Positions 48,983-61,656 are shown, counted from the stretch's first letter. The stretch is 64,000 bases of DNA from Vicugna vicugna (GCA_013265495.1 MU058384.1:743622-807621), one strand, 5' to 3'. Notes: generated by a model not told the origin, from the sequence alone. A program made the numbers and translations.

Positions 48983-51499
48983 AGAACACTGCTTGATTCT
49001 TGGTTTCATTTACAATACAGATATTGCTTTGGTAACAACGTAGCTTAAATTAGCCCAAATTAGTGAAACTTAAAAACATTATTTTTTCTCTTAAATATCA
49101 AATAACTTATTAAAGTTGTAATTTTATATATTAACTAAACAGATTTCTGTTACATATTAAATAACCACTATAAGTTAAGAAAATCTTTAAATTGCATTTG
49201 TGAAGATCCAAACTGAAATAAGCCCTTAGAACAAGTGATTTTTCCTGACTTACAAAATATGTAACATATAGACTAAGACTAATGTGTGATTAGTTCACCT
49301 CTGCAAACCCTATGGAAATGAGAAGATTGACTCTGATTTGAAGCCTATGCAATACTTTTCAGATATAATGCCATAATTGGCTTTCATTGATCTCAACATT
49401 AAAGGAATAATGGCAAGAATTCATCTTGCATGTATGCAAAGTTGACACTGTAATTGAGACAAGAGTGAGTAAGTTTGGGTGTTACCATAGTCAGCTAGAG
49501 CATTTTTCTGTTCCTAGGCAGAGTTATTAAATCATCTCACAAATAAGGAAAAATGTAATATTTTAAACCACAACCAGGTTAAGGAAAGTCCCTGGGAAAC
49601 ACTTCCAAATGTGTAACCATTATTATTAGAAAGACGTTTAATATGGCCTAATTAAATCTATCATTATTGTATTTTTAGTTCATGTAGAAAAGTTTCTTGA
49701 TACTGTAATGTGCCTATTCATTACTTTTAAAAGAATTTTTTCCAGGAAATAAATTTTTAAAAACTGTTAAAGAATGGAAGGTCAGAATCTCAAGGTGTAA
49801 CTTTAATTGTAGATATTATAATTATGGAGATATTTCTGTAGCCTGTCTCTCTGAAGTTCAAAGCAGTAAGAAGAAATAGAAAGTAGAACAGAATCTTGAG
49901 AAAGACTACACATTTCCCAATAGATCTTCCTGAGTCAACCGAATTATGATTAGAAGTTGAACGAGATCTTAAATACAGAGTACCTTATACATTTTGTAAG
50001 TGCTTGACATATATTTGTTGAAGAGGAAGATATCTCACTTCCACATTTTGAAAGCAATGAAGTAAAGCAGAAAAGAAAGAGTGATGGTGATTGAATTAGA
50101 ATTCACACCTACCTTTTCCTAGGGAGAATGTCCTGCTTTATGTTTTAATGCCAAAATGTAACCCTGGTTCAACCAGAAGATTTCATTGTTCCAGACTTCC
50201 TTTTGCCTTCACCTAAAAGCCATCTTTGGGAGATGCGACTCGTGGGAGTGTAAGGAAACTGGTGTTACAGGAGGAAATCAATTTGAGGTCATCCCTAAGG
50301 GAGGAACAGTTCAGATCTCTTCTCCCTGTATTTCCTTTCAACCTGCTCCTTTCTGTTTTTCCTCTCAACCTGACTTTGATCTATCTTCCTATCACCTGCA
50401 TGCTTTTCCTAAATGCTTAACTGAATAAACTGTATAAGGGAAGTATATTTACATATAAATATATGTGTGTGTGAAATTAAATGGGCACTCAAGCTAGCTG
50501 CCTTCTGTCTGCCAGGCTTTACTTATAAACCCATCTAATGGGACACTACATGCCTACTGCCAGCCTTGAAAGAAGTCTTTTAACAGGACAGAGTTGCCTA
50601 CCACACTGTAACCATCTTTACTGTGTTATTTATTTATTTTTAAAAAATCAAGCTCTTAGCACACAAACCAGAGATTATGGGAATTCACACCTCTTCTCTA
50701 AAGCTCTATTTTTTTTTAAATCTAAAGGGAGTAATTTTCTTAAAATAAAGAAGAAAGAAGCTTTGTTATTATCAAGGCAGAATCCGAGAGAGGCTTTGTG
50801 AACTAAATAAAAAGATAAAAAGATTTAGCTAGCACTTTGTTTTGGAGACTATGGGAGTAACAAATCAAAGCTGTTGCTTTAAAAAAATTAATATAACTTT
50901 TCAGTGATACCTGGCATCATTCTCAACTCAGTCAGTTTGAGGAAGATATGCTAGTCTATTCATGAAGATTATTCAGATATATAATAAAATTAGTAAAGTT
51001 CAAATATAGAGAGATATGTCAAGATTACAGGTCTATTTGTGTCCTCATGGACAAACAGAGACTTTGATGGGGTTGGAATGATTAAGAAACCATTTGGAAA
51101 GTTTAAAAAAAAAACACAGTTGGAGAATAAGTAACAGAGATCACATAAGGAACATCTACTATGTGTCTGGCATATTGAGAAAGCAAAACCTAAGTGGGGA
51201 AAAAGTGAAGAAAGATAGTGTGAATTTGCACCTACACATTCAGGTGGGCAAGAGAAATCCCATTAGTTAGTTTTAATTATTAGCAAAGACCAAGCATTAA
51301 TGAGGTTGAGTAATAGTAATACTGAGCATCAAGTTCTTTGAATCAAACTGTGTGCTCTTAACTGTGCCTTGTACTCCATTTCTGATAATCCACTCCATAA
51401 AAATAGTTTTAAAAGATGAGCTTATGAAATGTTAGGAGTGAGAAGGACAATATATTCATAGGTGAGAAAAAGATTTTTAAAAGAATAAGACACAATTTT

Positions 51500-51757
51500 G
51501 GTTAATTTATAAAATAAAGGAAGTCATAAGGAAATAGGTGACTGTCTAAAAATAAAAATTTATAAAATATTTGTAAAGGAGGAAACATATCTTACAGAGA
51601 ATACTGAATAATACAAAAAGCAACTACCCCAACGTGGTTGCCTAAGCCCATGTTTTTCCCAGGGAGTCTTCCAGGCTTTCAAGAAGCAAATCATTTCCTT
51701 GTTACATACATTTGTTTTTTCTTAGCAGAGGAAAAGAGAGCTTTTCCTAATTTATTT
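51500..51757 (+). mobile_element. Very old L1 ORF2, left arm (continues at 53831)
   Basis: 'gcccatgtttttcccagggagtcttccaggctttcaagaagcaaatcatttccttgttacatacattt...gaggaaaagagagcttttcctaatttattt'. Confidence 0.6.
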
Positions 51758-53830
51758 ATTTTAAACAACTTACCGAAGTATAACTTACCTACAAAAATCT
51801 TACCTGTAGTTCAATGAATACTGACAAATAATTAGAGCCAATATAACCTCCACCATTAACATATATAATATTGTCATCACCCAAAAGATAACTCAATTTG
51901 ACTCCACATCTGGTCCAAAAAATTGATGATTGGCTTTCTGTCAATATAAGTTATTTTTTTCCCTTTCTTTAATTTCATATAAATGGAATTATACAATATG
52001 TACAGTTTCACATCTGACATCTTTCACTCACTATATAGTTTGATATCCATCTATGCTGTTGTGTGTGTCAGTAATTTGTTTCTTTTTAACACTGAGGGAT
52101 ATTCTATTTATTAGATATATCATGATTTGTTTGTCCATTCATTTATTGAAGAATATTTGGGTAGTTTCTAGGTTGAGTCTATTATTAATAAAGTTGCTTT
52201 CAACATGTGTGTCCAAGTCTTTTTGTAGGCTTGTTTAAAGAAAATTTTTAGGTACTTACAAGTGGGATTGTTGATTGGTAGAAGTATATGCTTCTTTAAT
52301 CTTATAAGAAAAAGCTAAAATGTTTCTCAAATAGTCACACCATTTTATACTTTGATCAGCAACTTTTGAGAGTTTCAGTTACTTCACATTCTTGCTAAGT
52401 CTTTTTAACTTTTCACAGTCTAATGGGTATGTGGTATACCTCACTTTGTTTTTACTTTTTGTATCTCCATTATATATGCATGTGGCTATTCATTTATCTT
52501 ATTTTGTAAGCTGTTTATTATTTTGCTTATTTTTAAAATAAATGGTTGGTTTGCTGTCTTAGTACTGAGTTATAAATGTTTTATATATATATTTCAATAC
52601 ATTTGTTAAAAATGCATTATGTGTGTATATATATGTGTGTGTGTATATATATTTATACATTTGTTTGGAGTTTATTTGGGAATATGTTACCCTGTAAGGT
52701 CAGGTGCCTTCTTTCACCATATAGAAATCCATTTCTTTATAACCATTTGTTGAAAAAACTATCCTTTCTCCGATGATTTATTTCAGCACCCGCTTTGAAA
52801 AATCAATTGACTATTATACTTGGACATATTTCTGAAATCTCAACTCTGTCACATTGATCTATTTATCTGTCCTCATGTGAATGCCACTGTATTGATTACT
52901 GAAACTTTATAGTAAATCTTGAAATCATGTGTTGAAACTTAGACTCTAGCTTTGTACATCTTTTTCAAAATTGTATCAAAGTCCTTGCCTGCTAATCCTA
53001 TTGTCTTTCAGTTTTAAGATTTATTTTCTCCTGTTTATTGACCACATTTTCCTGCTTCTTTACACGTCTAGTTATTTTTTGGTTGGATACTGACCTACTG
53101 ATTCTTACATTGGTATCTGAATTCTGCTTTCTAACTTAATGAATGTTATGATTTCAATAGACAGTTAAGTTACTTAAGAATCAGCTTGGTCCTTTTGAGG
53201 CTTGTTTTTAAGCTTTGTATGATGAATCTAGAGCAGCCATGACTGTGGGACAAGTTTAACCCTGCAAAGTTTTTCCCTGTGGGTCCTTTACTGGAAGCCC
53301 TGGGTGTTCAGCAAGCTCTCTCTCCTTTGACTGGTGGTAATCAAATGTCTCTCAACGATGTGTTGTTTCCAGGAAATGCTCAGCTGATGCATCTCCAGTA
53401 GTTGCTTCCTGCCCAGCCTGGTGTAGTCTCACCATCATGTGGAGTTTAAGTATTTGGCAAAAGTCAAGGAGAACTATATGCATGTTTCTACAGCTCTTTC
53501 TCTGTATAGGTTGGTTCTGATTCTTTTAGACACTAGTCTCATCTGTCACAACATCTTAATCTCTGATCTTAGCCCCCTCAACTCAGTGAAATGACCATGC
53601 TTTGCTTGAATTAACCTTTCAGGACTTAAATTCCAGAAAGTTCCTCCAAGCCGAATGTCAAGGATGTTCCTTCCTCTCAGGAATTACAATCTGTCACTCT
53701 CTCTGATTCAATATGTGGAAATATTTGCTTATTTTTTTTTGTTTTGTTTTACTTGTTTTCTACTTGTCTACAGTGGGGGGACAAATATAATACCAGTTAC
53801 CTCATTATGGTCAGATGGAGAAATTGCTTC
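51758..53830 (-). mobile_element. Antisense L1M composite (3'UTR, ORF2 end and a 5'-region-like segment) nested in an older sense L1
   Basis: 3'UTR 'atttcatataaatggaattatacaatatgtac'. ORF2 'ccatttgttgaaaaaactatcctttctcc'. Segment 53020-53810 resembles an antisense L1M 5' region. Candidate TSD aatttattt. Confidence 0.75.
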
Positions 53831-55760
53831 AATTTATTTTCAAGGCTTGCATAACACTGCAAATCCCAAAACAGAGCACAAAAACAAAGCAGAGCTTAAT
53901 TTTATTTATAGGCAAGAGCGCAATGATCTTAAATAAATTAGTATCAAATGGATTCCAGCAATATATTAAAAAAAATACTGCCCTAGAACCAAATAACATT
54001 TATTTCGGGGAGTCTATAATGATTGAATGTTATGAAATCTTAGCATTACATCCAAAGGTTAAAGAAAAAAATCCTTTTAGTTATCATAGTAAGTACTGAT
54101 CAATCTTCAGTGTGCAGTTATTAAAAATTAAAGCTCTTCACATAATAAAGCATATCCATTTCAAATCAAAATTTAGTATCATAAAATAGTGAATTAAATT
54201 GTGAAATAATTTTCAATAAATATACAAGGAATAGAAAAATGTCTGATGTCATTACTCATGCTTAATATTAGCTTAAAACCATTTTGAGCACTCTTTTAGA
54301 TACAAGACACAGAAACTTAGAAAATACAATAAGTATTTTTTTTTTGGCTAATTAATATGAGAGTGATACTATCAATGAAAGCTAGTAATGTCTAATATTT
54401 AAAATTCAAGTTAATTCTAGAGACCAATGATTTTGGATTTTCCACTAAATAGTATTTTGCCAATACCATAAGTACAATTTTCAGTGTATATGCCAGTCTC
54501 TGGGTCTGTTCTTTCCTTTTACTTTTAATTGCCAATTCCTCATTCAAGATCAAGAGGGGAAAATGTAATTTTTTATTGTCAGAACTATAGGCAAGATAAA
54601 AAAACCAACAAGTTTTATTAATATAAATAGCAACCATTGTCTTTAGGAGTATTCAAAGAAAATTGCATAAGAATGATGGAAGAATGGGAAGAAGGGAGGG
54701 AAGAGAGAAGAAAAGAAAGAAAACAAAACAAAAAAGAAAGAAAGAAAACAGAAAGAAGACTGTATAAAATTATAAGAGTTTGTGAGGTGATTTGTTAAAA
54801 GCACAAAAACAAAAAGAAAAAGAAAATAATGTACAAGTCTTAAGCAATATTGAAATCATGATGAAAATATAAGCCTAACAAGAAACAAGCACTACATATA
54901 TAGTGTAAAAGATAGTATTTTACTAAGAGAGATGGAAGCAAACATAGTAAGAAGTATATAATATTTATGAAAGAGTGTGCTTGCTTAAAGTTGTCAGTTC
55001 TTCCAAAATGAATATATAGTTTAAAGTTTTAAATGAAAATGCCAATGGAAAATTTTTATAATTTAATAAATAGACTTTAAACTTAATATGGAATGATGAC
55101 AAGGAACATAATGGACAAAAACATTTTGAAATAAATTATTAACTAGATACACCTTTCCTTCATAGATAACACAGTGTGTTTTTAAAATACAGCAAATAAA
55201 ACATCTAGTTACTAGAACAGACAAAGCTATAAATGGAACAAAAAAGAAAAGACAATGCACTTAGTATAATGCATTAGAACAGATGGGGAAATTATTTTTA
55301 TAATGAAATTATTTTTATAATGACCTTTAAAATTAGATCATTACTGCATGCTATATATCAAAATGAATCTCAGATAAATAATTTAATGGGAAAAGCTAAA
55401 TCATATACCTACTACAATGAAAGCATGGAGTATATTTGTATAATTTTATTATCATAACAATAAAGGTGCACCATTAGAAAATATAAGCTTGATTTGACAA
55501 TGTGAAAATCAAAAATGGTTATATGCCAAAAAACGCCATTAACTGTTTTGAAATGCAAGTAAAAAATAGAAAATACATTTGTGACATACCCTGCAACTTA
55601 ATTTTCACACATAGACAGTATTGCCAATCAATAGGAATTCAAACATTCAAATGAAAACTGGCCAAGAGACGCACATTAGCAAATCATAAGTAAAATGTAG
55701 TTGGGTAATAATCATAAGAAAATATTCAATGTTATCAGTCATCAAAAAATTCAGAAAGCA
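53831..55760 (+). mobile_element. Very old L1 ORF2, right arm
   Basis: ORF 53815-54099 'FKACITLQIPKQ...ILNKLVSNGFQQYIKK' resembles ORF2p 'YEASITLIPK...ILNKILANRIQQHIKK'. Later 'gttgtcagttcttccaaaatgaatatatagttt' and 'aaactggccaagagac'. Confidence 0.75.
54685..54760. repeat. Purine-rich (GGAA/GAAA/CAAAA) low-complexity tract
   Basis: 'gggaagaagggagggaagagagaagaaaagaaagaaaacaaaacaaaaaagaaagaaagaaaacagaaagaag'. Confidence 0.85.
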
Positions 55761-55789
55761 TAATGATTCAGTGCCTGGGATTCAAAGAT

Positions 55790-55945
55790 GAACAGTCATA
55801 AGTCTGAGTTCCTGATTTGACATTTACTAGATATGTGACCCAATTGAATTACCTTCTCTCTTTGACCATCAGTTTCCTCAAATGTTCTTGTATGATTAAA
55901 TGATGTAACCCATTGTGGAACTTAATAAGCTTCATTACACACTGA
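55790..55945 (+). mobile_element. MIR fragment
   Basis: 'tctgagttcctgatttgacatttactagatatgtgaccc...accttctctctttgaccatcagtttcctca'. Confidence 0.7.
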
Positions 55946-57234
55946 ATGTTTTTACTAAGTGTTTATCTTATATGAATATATTCAATTATATATTATTTTC
56001 TAAAATAACAATGAGGTACCTTCACCTATCAAACTAGCAAATACTTTATTGTAATAATAGAGCATCATATTATTATATAAATATCCAAGTGGAGTGGGTA
56101 TGGGAATTTAGTATCCTCATATATTGAGGAGTATCATTTCTTGACATTTGTCTTAAGAAAGAATAAATTATAGCCATAAAGATTTTTTTTGCTAAGAGAA
56201 AATAAAAATTATTGCCATTTACAGTGTTAGTTGTTAAATCTGACTCCACGACGTAAAGTGCTTATGTCCGTACTTATGTCCAAGGCCACAAGCTCTTCCT
56301 TTTTATAAAAGGGGATAAAGGTATTGCTTATTGTATAGGGACAGTTTAATCATTAACTGACTGCCATGTTAAGTGGCTATTTATTTAACATTACTTATTA
56401 TTTCTCTTTTCAGTAATAAGACTTTTCATTTGTATTTTTACTATAGTGAGTCCCCCAAACAGTTTTGGTTTGTTGAAATAATTTAGGGAATAGCCAATCA
56501 GTTGGAATTATAATCTATTATTAAACAAAATGATGCAGAAGAATTTTCAAAGAATTCTCCATGGAAACCCCAGAAGATCCTCAGGTAGCCATGAGGGGAG
56601 AGGTGGGCAGCAGCAAAATCAGGCATGTTACGCCCCTTCCTCACTTCCGCTAGAGCAGGTCTGCATCTACTGTGGTACCAGTTAGATTTCTCCTTCAGAT
56701 GTGCTTGCACAGAAAATTGTACCATCAAAATGTAAAAGCTCCTTGTTTAGAATACACGCTGACACAGCAGATGTACGTGATGTATTAGTAAATTTTAAAG
56801 ATCAGATTATAAAGCGTAATAGAACATGTCACATGGGAACTAGGTGCCCCAACCAGTTGCTGAAATTGGGGTAGATATTGTTTTCTCTTTGGGGGCGCTG
56901 TACAATCTATGATGAGTATATTTTTATATGAACAATATCTAGGAAAATCATGATAAAGCAGGAAAGAAATATTCTATAGAAAATATCAAGAAGCTACTAA
57001 TTTCATGTTTCTTTTCCAATGATACGTGAAAATTACTTGATATCACCACAAAGATTTACAAAGATCTGTAATCTGTTTTTATGTTGACCAGAACATAAAA
57101 TGTTTATGTTGAACAAAAGCAAATGAGATACATATTTCCTGAGTAAAAACAGCCATACATATTGGTATTAAAACTATTTTAGTGTTACAAATAGTATTTT
57201 CTAATACCATGTTTTTTATTTGTTCTATTCGGAT

Positions 57235-57380
57235 GCAAACTTCATAATGTTTCTGAGCCTCAGGCTACTCAGCTGTGAAATGTGGTTAAAATAACTGATG
57301 CATGGAGTTGGGGAATTGAAGATGATGTAGATAAAAGGCCTACTTCATAATAGGCACAAAAGAGAGACTAGCTTTTGCTA
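57235..57380 (+). mobile_element. MIR fragment
   Basis: 'tttctgagcctcaggctactcagctgtgaaatgtggttaaaata...catggagttgggg'. Confidence 0.6.
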
Positions 57381-58294
57381 TATACATCATTTACCTTTAA
57401 AAAACAGAAACTTTAATAATGCTCAAATCTCAATATTTGATTGTCTTTAAAAGTAAGGACAGTGATTATTTGGCTTTCAGTTTATTGTAAGCTGCATGCA
57501 TGAACTCAATACGTCATGAATTTGCAGTTTGGAAAAGGAAAATCTCTGTCAAATTACCAAATATTGATATAGAGGATCTCAGGAGTACCTATTGTTGATT
57601 TTTGTGAGTTTTCCCTTTCTGCTTGACTTCCCTTTTCATGGACAGCTGCCTGTGTTGCTGAAAGATTCTTGTTTGCATTTAGTATAGATTTGTTCTTGTT
57701 AATATTTTATTAGTTGCTATTTTTAGCTTTAATAAAAGACTACGTCTAACTCTGTTCTTTCCAGGCTTTTGTAAATGGATTGCATTGAAAATTGAAATGT
57801 TTTGGAAATCTATTGGTTGTGAATATTCTAAAAACCCTTTGTAAAAATAAAGGATTGGGCGCAGGCTTCCAAATGGCCACCAGCCTGGAGCAAAGCATGT
57901 TGGCAGGAGCCTACACACCTGTTTGGCTCGCTTGCATTCGCTCTGTCTCTTTTTATCTCTCTTGCCCTTGTTGGCCACCCCAGCTGAGTGGTGATATTTA
58001 CTTTCATACTTTTATTACACAGAAAATAAACTTTACCTTAACAATAGCCTCTTCTATGACTTTGAAATGTAGGCTAGAGTGAACTTGCACAGTAGTTCCC
58101 AACACCGTTCACTAGGATAAAATTTATTAAACAATTCTATATAATAAATGACTTTTGAGATGGTTCAGTTTCTAAACCATCCAATATTCTGGTACATGTA
58201 TGCTCCACCAATAGTGATAATGTACAGATTACCTAGAATTGACCAGGTTCTGGCCACCCGATTAATATTTTCTCATGTAGTTGTATTTTATTCT

Positions 58295-58415
58295 TACAGT
58301 ATCTTCATGATGTAAGAACAAATTTGAGCCCCCATTTTGCAGATTGATAAAACTGAGACTCAAGACACACAATCAGAGTTACATGGCTGATAAACAGCAA
58401 AGCTATATTTGATTC
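58295..58415 (-). mobile_element. MIR fragment
   Basis: 'cccccattttgcagattgataaaactgagactcaag...gttacatggctgataaacagcaaagct'. Confidence 0.65.
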
Positions 58416-59464
58416 AATACTTTATTAGAAATGTAAAACAAATTCAAATATTGATCTAACTTTTCAAATTAATGAAGCAATCAATCTTTGACCTCAAATT
58501 TAAGAAGTGACGTGTTTCTCATTTTCCTGAGTTGTCCAACTTCTGATGACAGAAAGTGCATTACTGATGATTTTTACACAACTGTTCCCCAAAGAGATAT
58601 CCTTTTGGAGCTTAATTTCAGTGACAGGAGTGAAGAGATTCACCATTTTAAAAAGAACAGAGGAAATATTTTAAAATAGAAAATCAAGTTTTCTTTTGTT
58701 TGTTTGTTTTTAGCAGAGAAGGAAAATGGTTTGCTCCTCCACCTGCTCATCCCTTTTCAGCATCTCTTACTACAGAAGATGCCCATGTCCCAAGACCTAG
58801 TGCTGGAGGTGGCGGCAGCTGTCACTCATCTGCATCCTGGATTCAGGTACCTAGAGTGGCTGGGTTCAATGACCATTTTAAAAAGTTGTGTTGTGTTTAT
58901 ATTATTTTATTTTTCTCAAAAAAAAAAAGATCCCAGGCCTCATAGGTAGTCAGGGTAACGCAGAGTGTTAAAGGGTTAACCAAATGAAATAATAAGCAGT
59001 TATGTTTGTTGGAAAAGACACTGAAAGATAGTTTATTTTAGCTCTATAACTGGCATTTTCTATGCAAAGTAGAATACGATTTGTTACTACCAAATTTAGT
59101 GGGTGTTGTAAGCATTGCTAAAATTGCATTTAAAAAATCCTTATCTCTTGAAAGCAATGATCTGTATAAAAATAAGATGATTTGGGTATTACATATGCAA
59201 AATTCATCACTGCAAAAAAAGACAATTAACTTATTTCAATATTTTGGCTCGCAGTAGAGTGAACTTGTTCGGGGAAAAGAGAACATGATCAACTATAATA
59301 TTTGCAATTTCAATAGCTTATGTAAGTCCATTTAATTATTAGTAGTGTGATTGACTCCTGAGGACTGCGCTTGTTGCTCTTGAAGTGGGTAAGCAAATAA
59401 AAATTCTTATAACACATTAAAGTTAGCCATCAATGTATTTATGCCCAGAATGCTAGTTGACTAC

Positions 59465-59901
59465 TGTTGGGTCTCAACCTCCTGGAAAGTTTCCTAGCTG
59501 TCATCTGAAACCAGCACCCTGCCCCCTGAATTTGGGGGAAGGAAGAGACCATAGAAAGAGGCAGAGCATTCTAGGTTGGAAGGTGGCAGATTTAATAAGC
59601 AAGGGAGCTAATTTACGAGGTTTGTCTTGGGTGACTGCAAGAAAGTAGATTTCTACACTCACTGGCCAAAATCTTAGTTGATATAGAGGCCTTAGGAGTG
59701 CTCAGTCTTCTATATCATCAAGTGCTCTCAATAGCACATGATTGTCTCAAGGCTGTGTCCTCAGGTCAGCTTCTGGGAGTGGAGATGGCGAACTTAAAGC
59801 ACATTCCAAGGACAGAGCCAGGGGTGAGGAGCCTCCAATTGTACCAGTACAGCTTGAGGGTCAAACCAGGGATCATATCTTCTTAATAACCTCTCCCAAC
59901 A
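59465..59901 (-). mobile_element. Solo LTR, probably ERVL class (subfamily not assigned)
   Basis: Inverted termini TGTTGGG ... CCCAACA, 437 bp, GC-richer than flanks. 5-bp TSD actac/gctac. Minus-strand ATTAAA ('tttaat', 59591-59596) gives the orientation. Confidence 0.8.
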
Positions 59902-60833
59902 GCTACACCAAACAACCCTGTTTCAAAGTTTATTGTATTGATTCATTTTCTTTGGATTACGGCTTTTGCAGTATGAAGAAACAAGAATAGAGATTATGTT
60001 TATCTATTTAATTTTGCCAAGGCACATAGCCCAATAAAATAACTCATTCAGTCTAATTAAGCAGATTTTGGCATGAGTTATAAAGTTTGATTTTACTACT
60101 TGATCAAATTAATTTGGAAGTTGCTAAATCTCCTTTACTTTTTATAGCTATCATTATAAGTTTATCTCTCTACATTATTTCCTAGGGCACAAGTACAACC
60201 AATTTAAAGGGGAGGGAAATGCGTTGCCTATGTCAGTGTGCAAATTTGATAAATGTCTTTAAATAAGGTTATTTACTTGAAGTAATGCTTCTTTGGAGCA
60301 CTGGAGAGGAAATAGACCCCATTTTATATCAGTGGATTGGATTGATTACTCACTAATAATATTTGATTTCACATAATCTGTGATAATGTCTTTCACCTCT
60401 GACTTTATATATGCATAAAGTTGACTGAGAGAGAGTTTCTGTAAGTCAATGAAGTCAAGAAAGACATATAACTGAGGAAGGGTGAGAAGCAAATTTTAAG
60501 ATAATGATGTAAATCTTAAAAGGCTATACAGAGAGCAGCAGGTTGTAAAATGATGGTCCTGAAGAAATCATCAACAATTAAGCTCATCTGGAAATTGAAA
60601 CCCTTAGTACAACAGATTGACTTCTTATTACTCAGATCTATTCTTTCTGTCACTTCTCTTGCCATTGATAGACTTTCCACAGAATTTTAAAAGAAGAGCT
60701 TGCTTTTAAGAAGCCATTTGCTAAAGAACTTAATCTACACCTTAAGGTCAGCCATTTGTCAACAACACAGTTTATAAATACCAACCATGCATTTTCTTTT
60801 TTACATCATTTTATTGGGACAAAAAAAAAAAAA

Positions 60834-61656
60834 CAACTTCCAAACAAAAGTTGGCTACATAAGTAATCTACATTTTCTGGACTCCAAGATTAAATTTGTT
60901 CTTATCATCTGAAAGTTGATTCTGTCTCAGAATTGAATAAATAAACTGATGTGAGCAAGACATTGGTTTTCATTAGATATTGACAAATTCTACTACAATC
61001 TTACTTTTAGTGGCTTTTGTTTTTTAAGTGTGAAGTTACACTGAAAACACAACAAACATCGTTTTTCTTTTACAAATTATTAAATCAGAGGTTCATTTTC
61101 TTAAAACAAAAGGTCTCCAAAAACCTGAATTAAGCATGTTTGGGAGAGAATGAAATGGGTCATTTTCCAATGCTAGTTTTAAAAGGTTTTGCTTGCAGGA
61201 ATTACCTAATAGGAATAGGAAGGAAAAAGACTTACTGTCCCAAAAAAGCAACTTCCAAACAAAAGTTGGCTACATAAGTAATCTACATTTTCTGGACTCC
61301 AAGATTAAATTTGTTCTTATCATCTGAAAGTTGATTCTGTCTCAGAATTGAATAAATAAACTGATGTGAGCAAGACATTGGTTTTCATTAGATATTGACA
61401 AATTCTACTACAATCTTACTTTTAGTGGCTTTTGTTTTTTAAGTGTGAAGTTACACTGAAAACACAACAAACATCGTTTTTCTTTTACAAATTATTAAAT
61501 CAGAGGTTCATTTTCTTAAAACAAAAGGTCTCCAAAAACCTGAATTAAGCATGTTTGGGAGAGAATGAAATGGGTCATTTTCCAATGCTAGTTTTAAAAG
61601 GTTTTGCTTGCAGGAATTACCTAATAGGAATAGGAAGGAAAAAGACTTACTGTCCC
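60834..61656. repeat. Perfect direct tandem duplication, 408-bp unit, period 415
   Basis: 60834-61241 and 61249-61656 read identically base by base (caacttccaaac...cttactgtccc). The spacer is aaaaaag. Confidence 0.97.

Noticed and set aside
55288..55323. 17-bp tandem duplication gaaattatttttataat x2 (similar short doublets near 32268-32293 and 56260-56281)
   Set aside because: These are ordinary replication-slippage micro-duplications with no array structure.
57874..58820. CTCF-like words 'tggccaccagcctggagca' (57874) and 'gctggaggtggcggc' (58802)
   Set aside because: Each matches only half of the CTCF core and has mismatches at high-information positions.
1599..59990. The many 60-112 aa ORFs in the supplied track as host genes
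   Set aside because: They are short, often start at non-ATG codons, are biased to F/L/I/K as expected for AT-rich DNA, and mostly lie inside repeats. None resembles a host protein I recognise.
60816..61241. Interpreting the duplicated unit as a MITE because of its GGGACA/TGTCCC ends
   Set aside because: The inverted match is only 6 bp, there is no TSD, and the second copy lacks the left GGGACA end. A head-to-tail copy fits duplication or mis-assembly rather than transposition.
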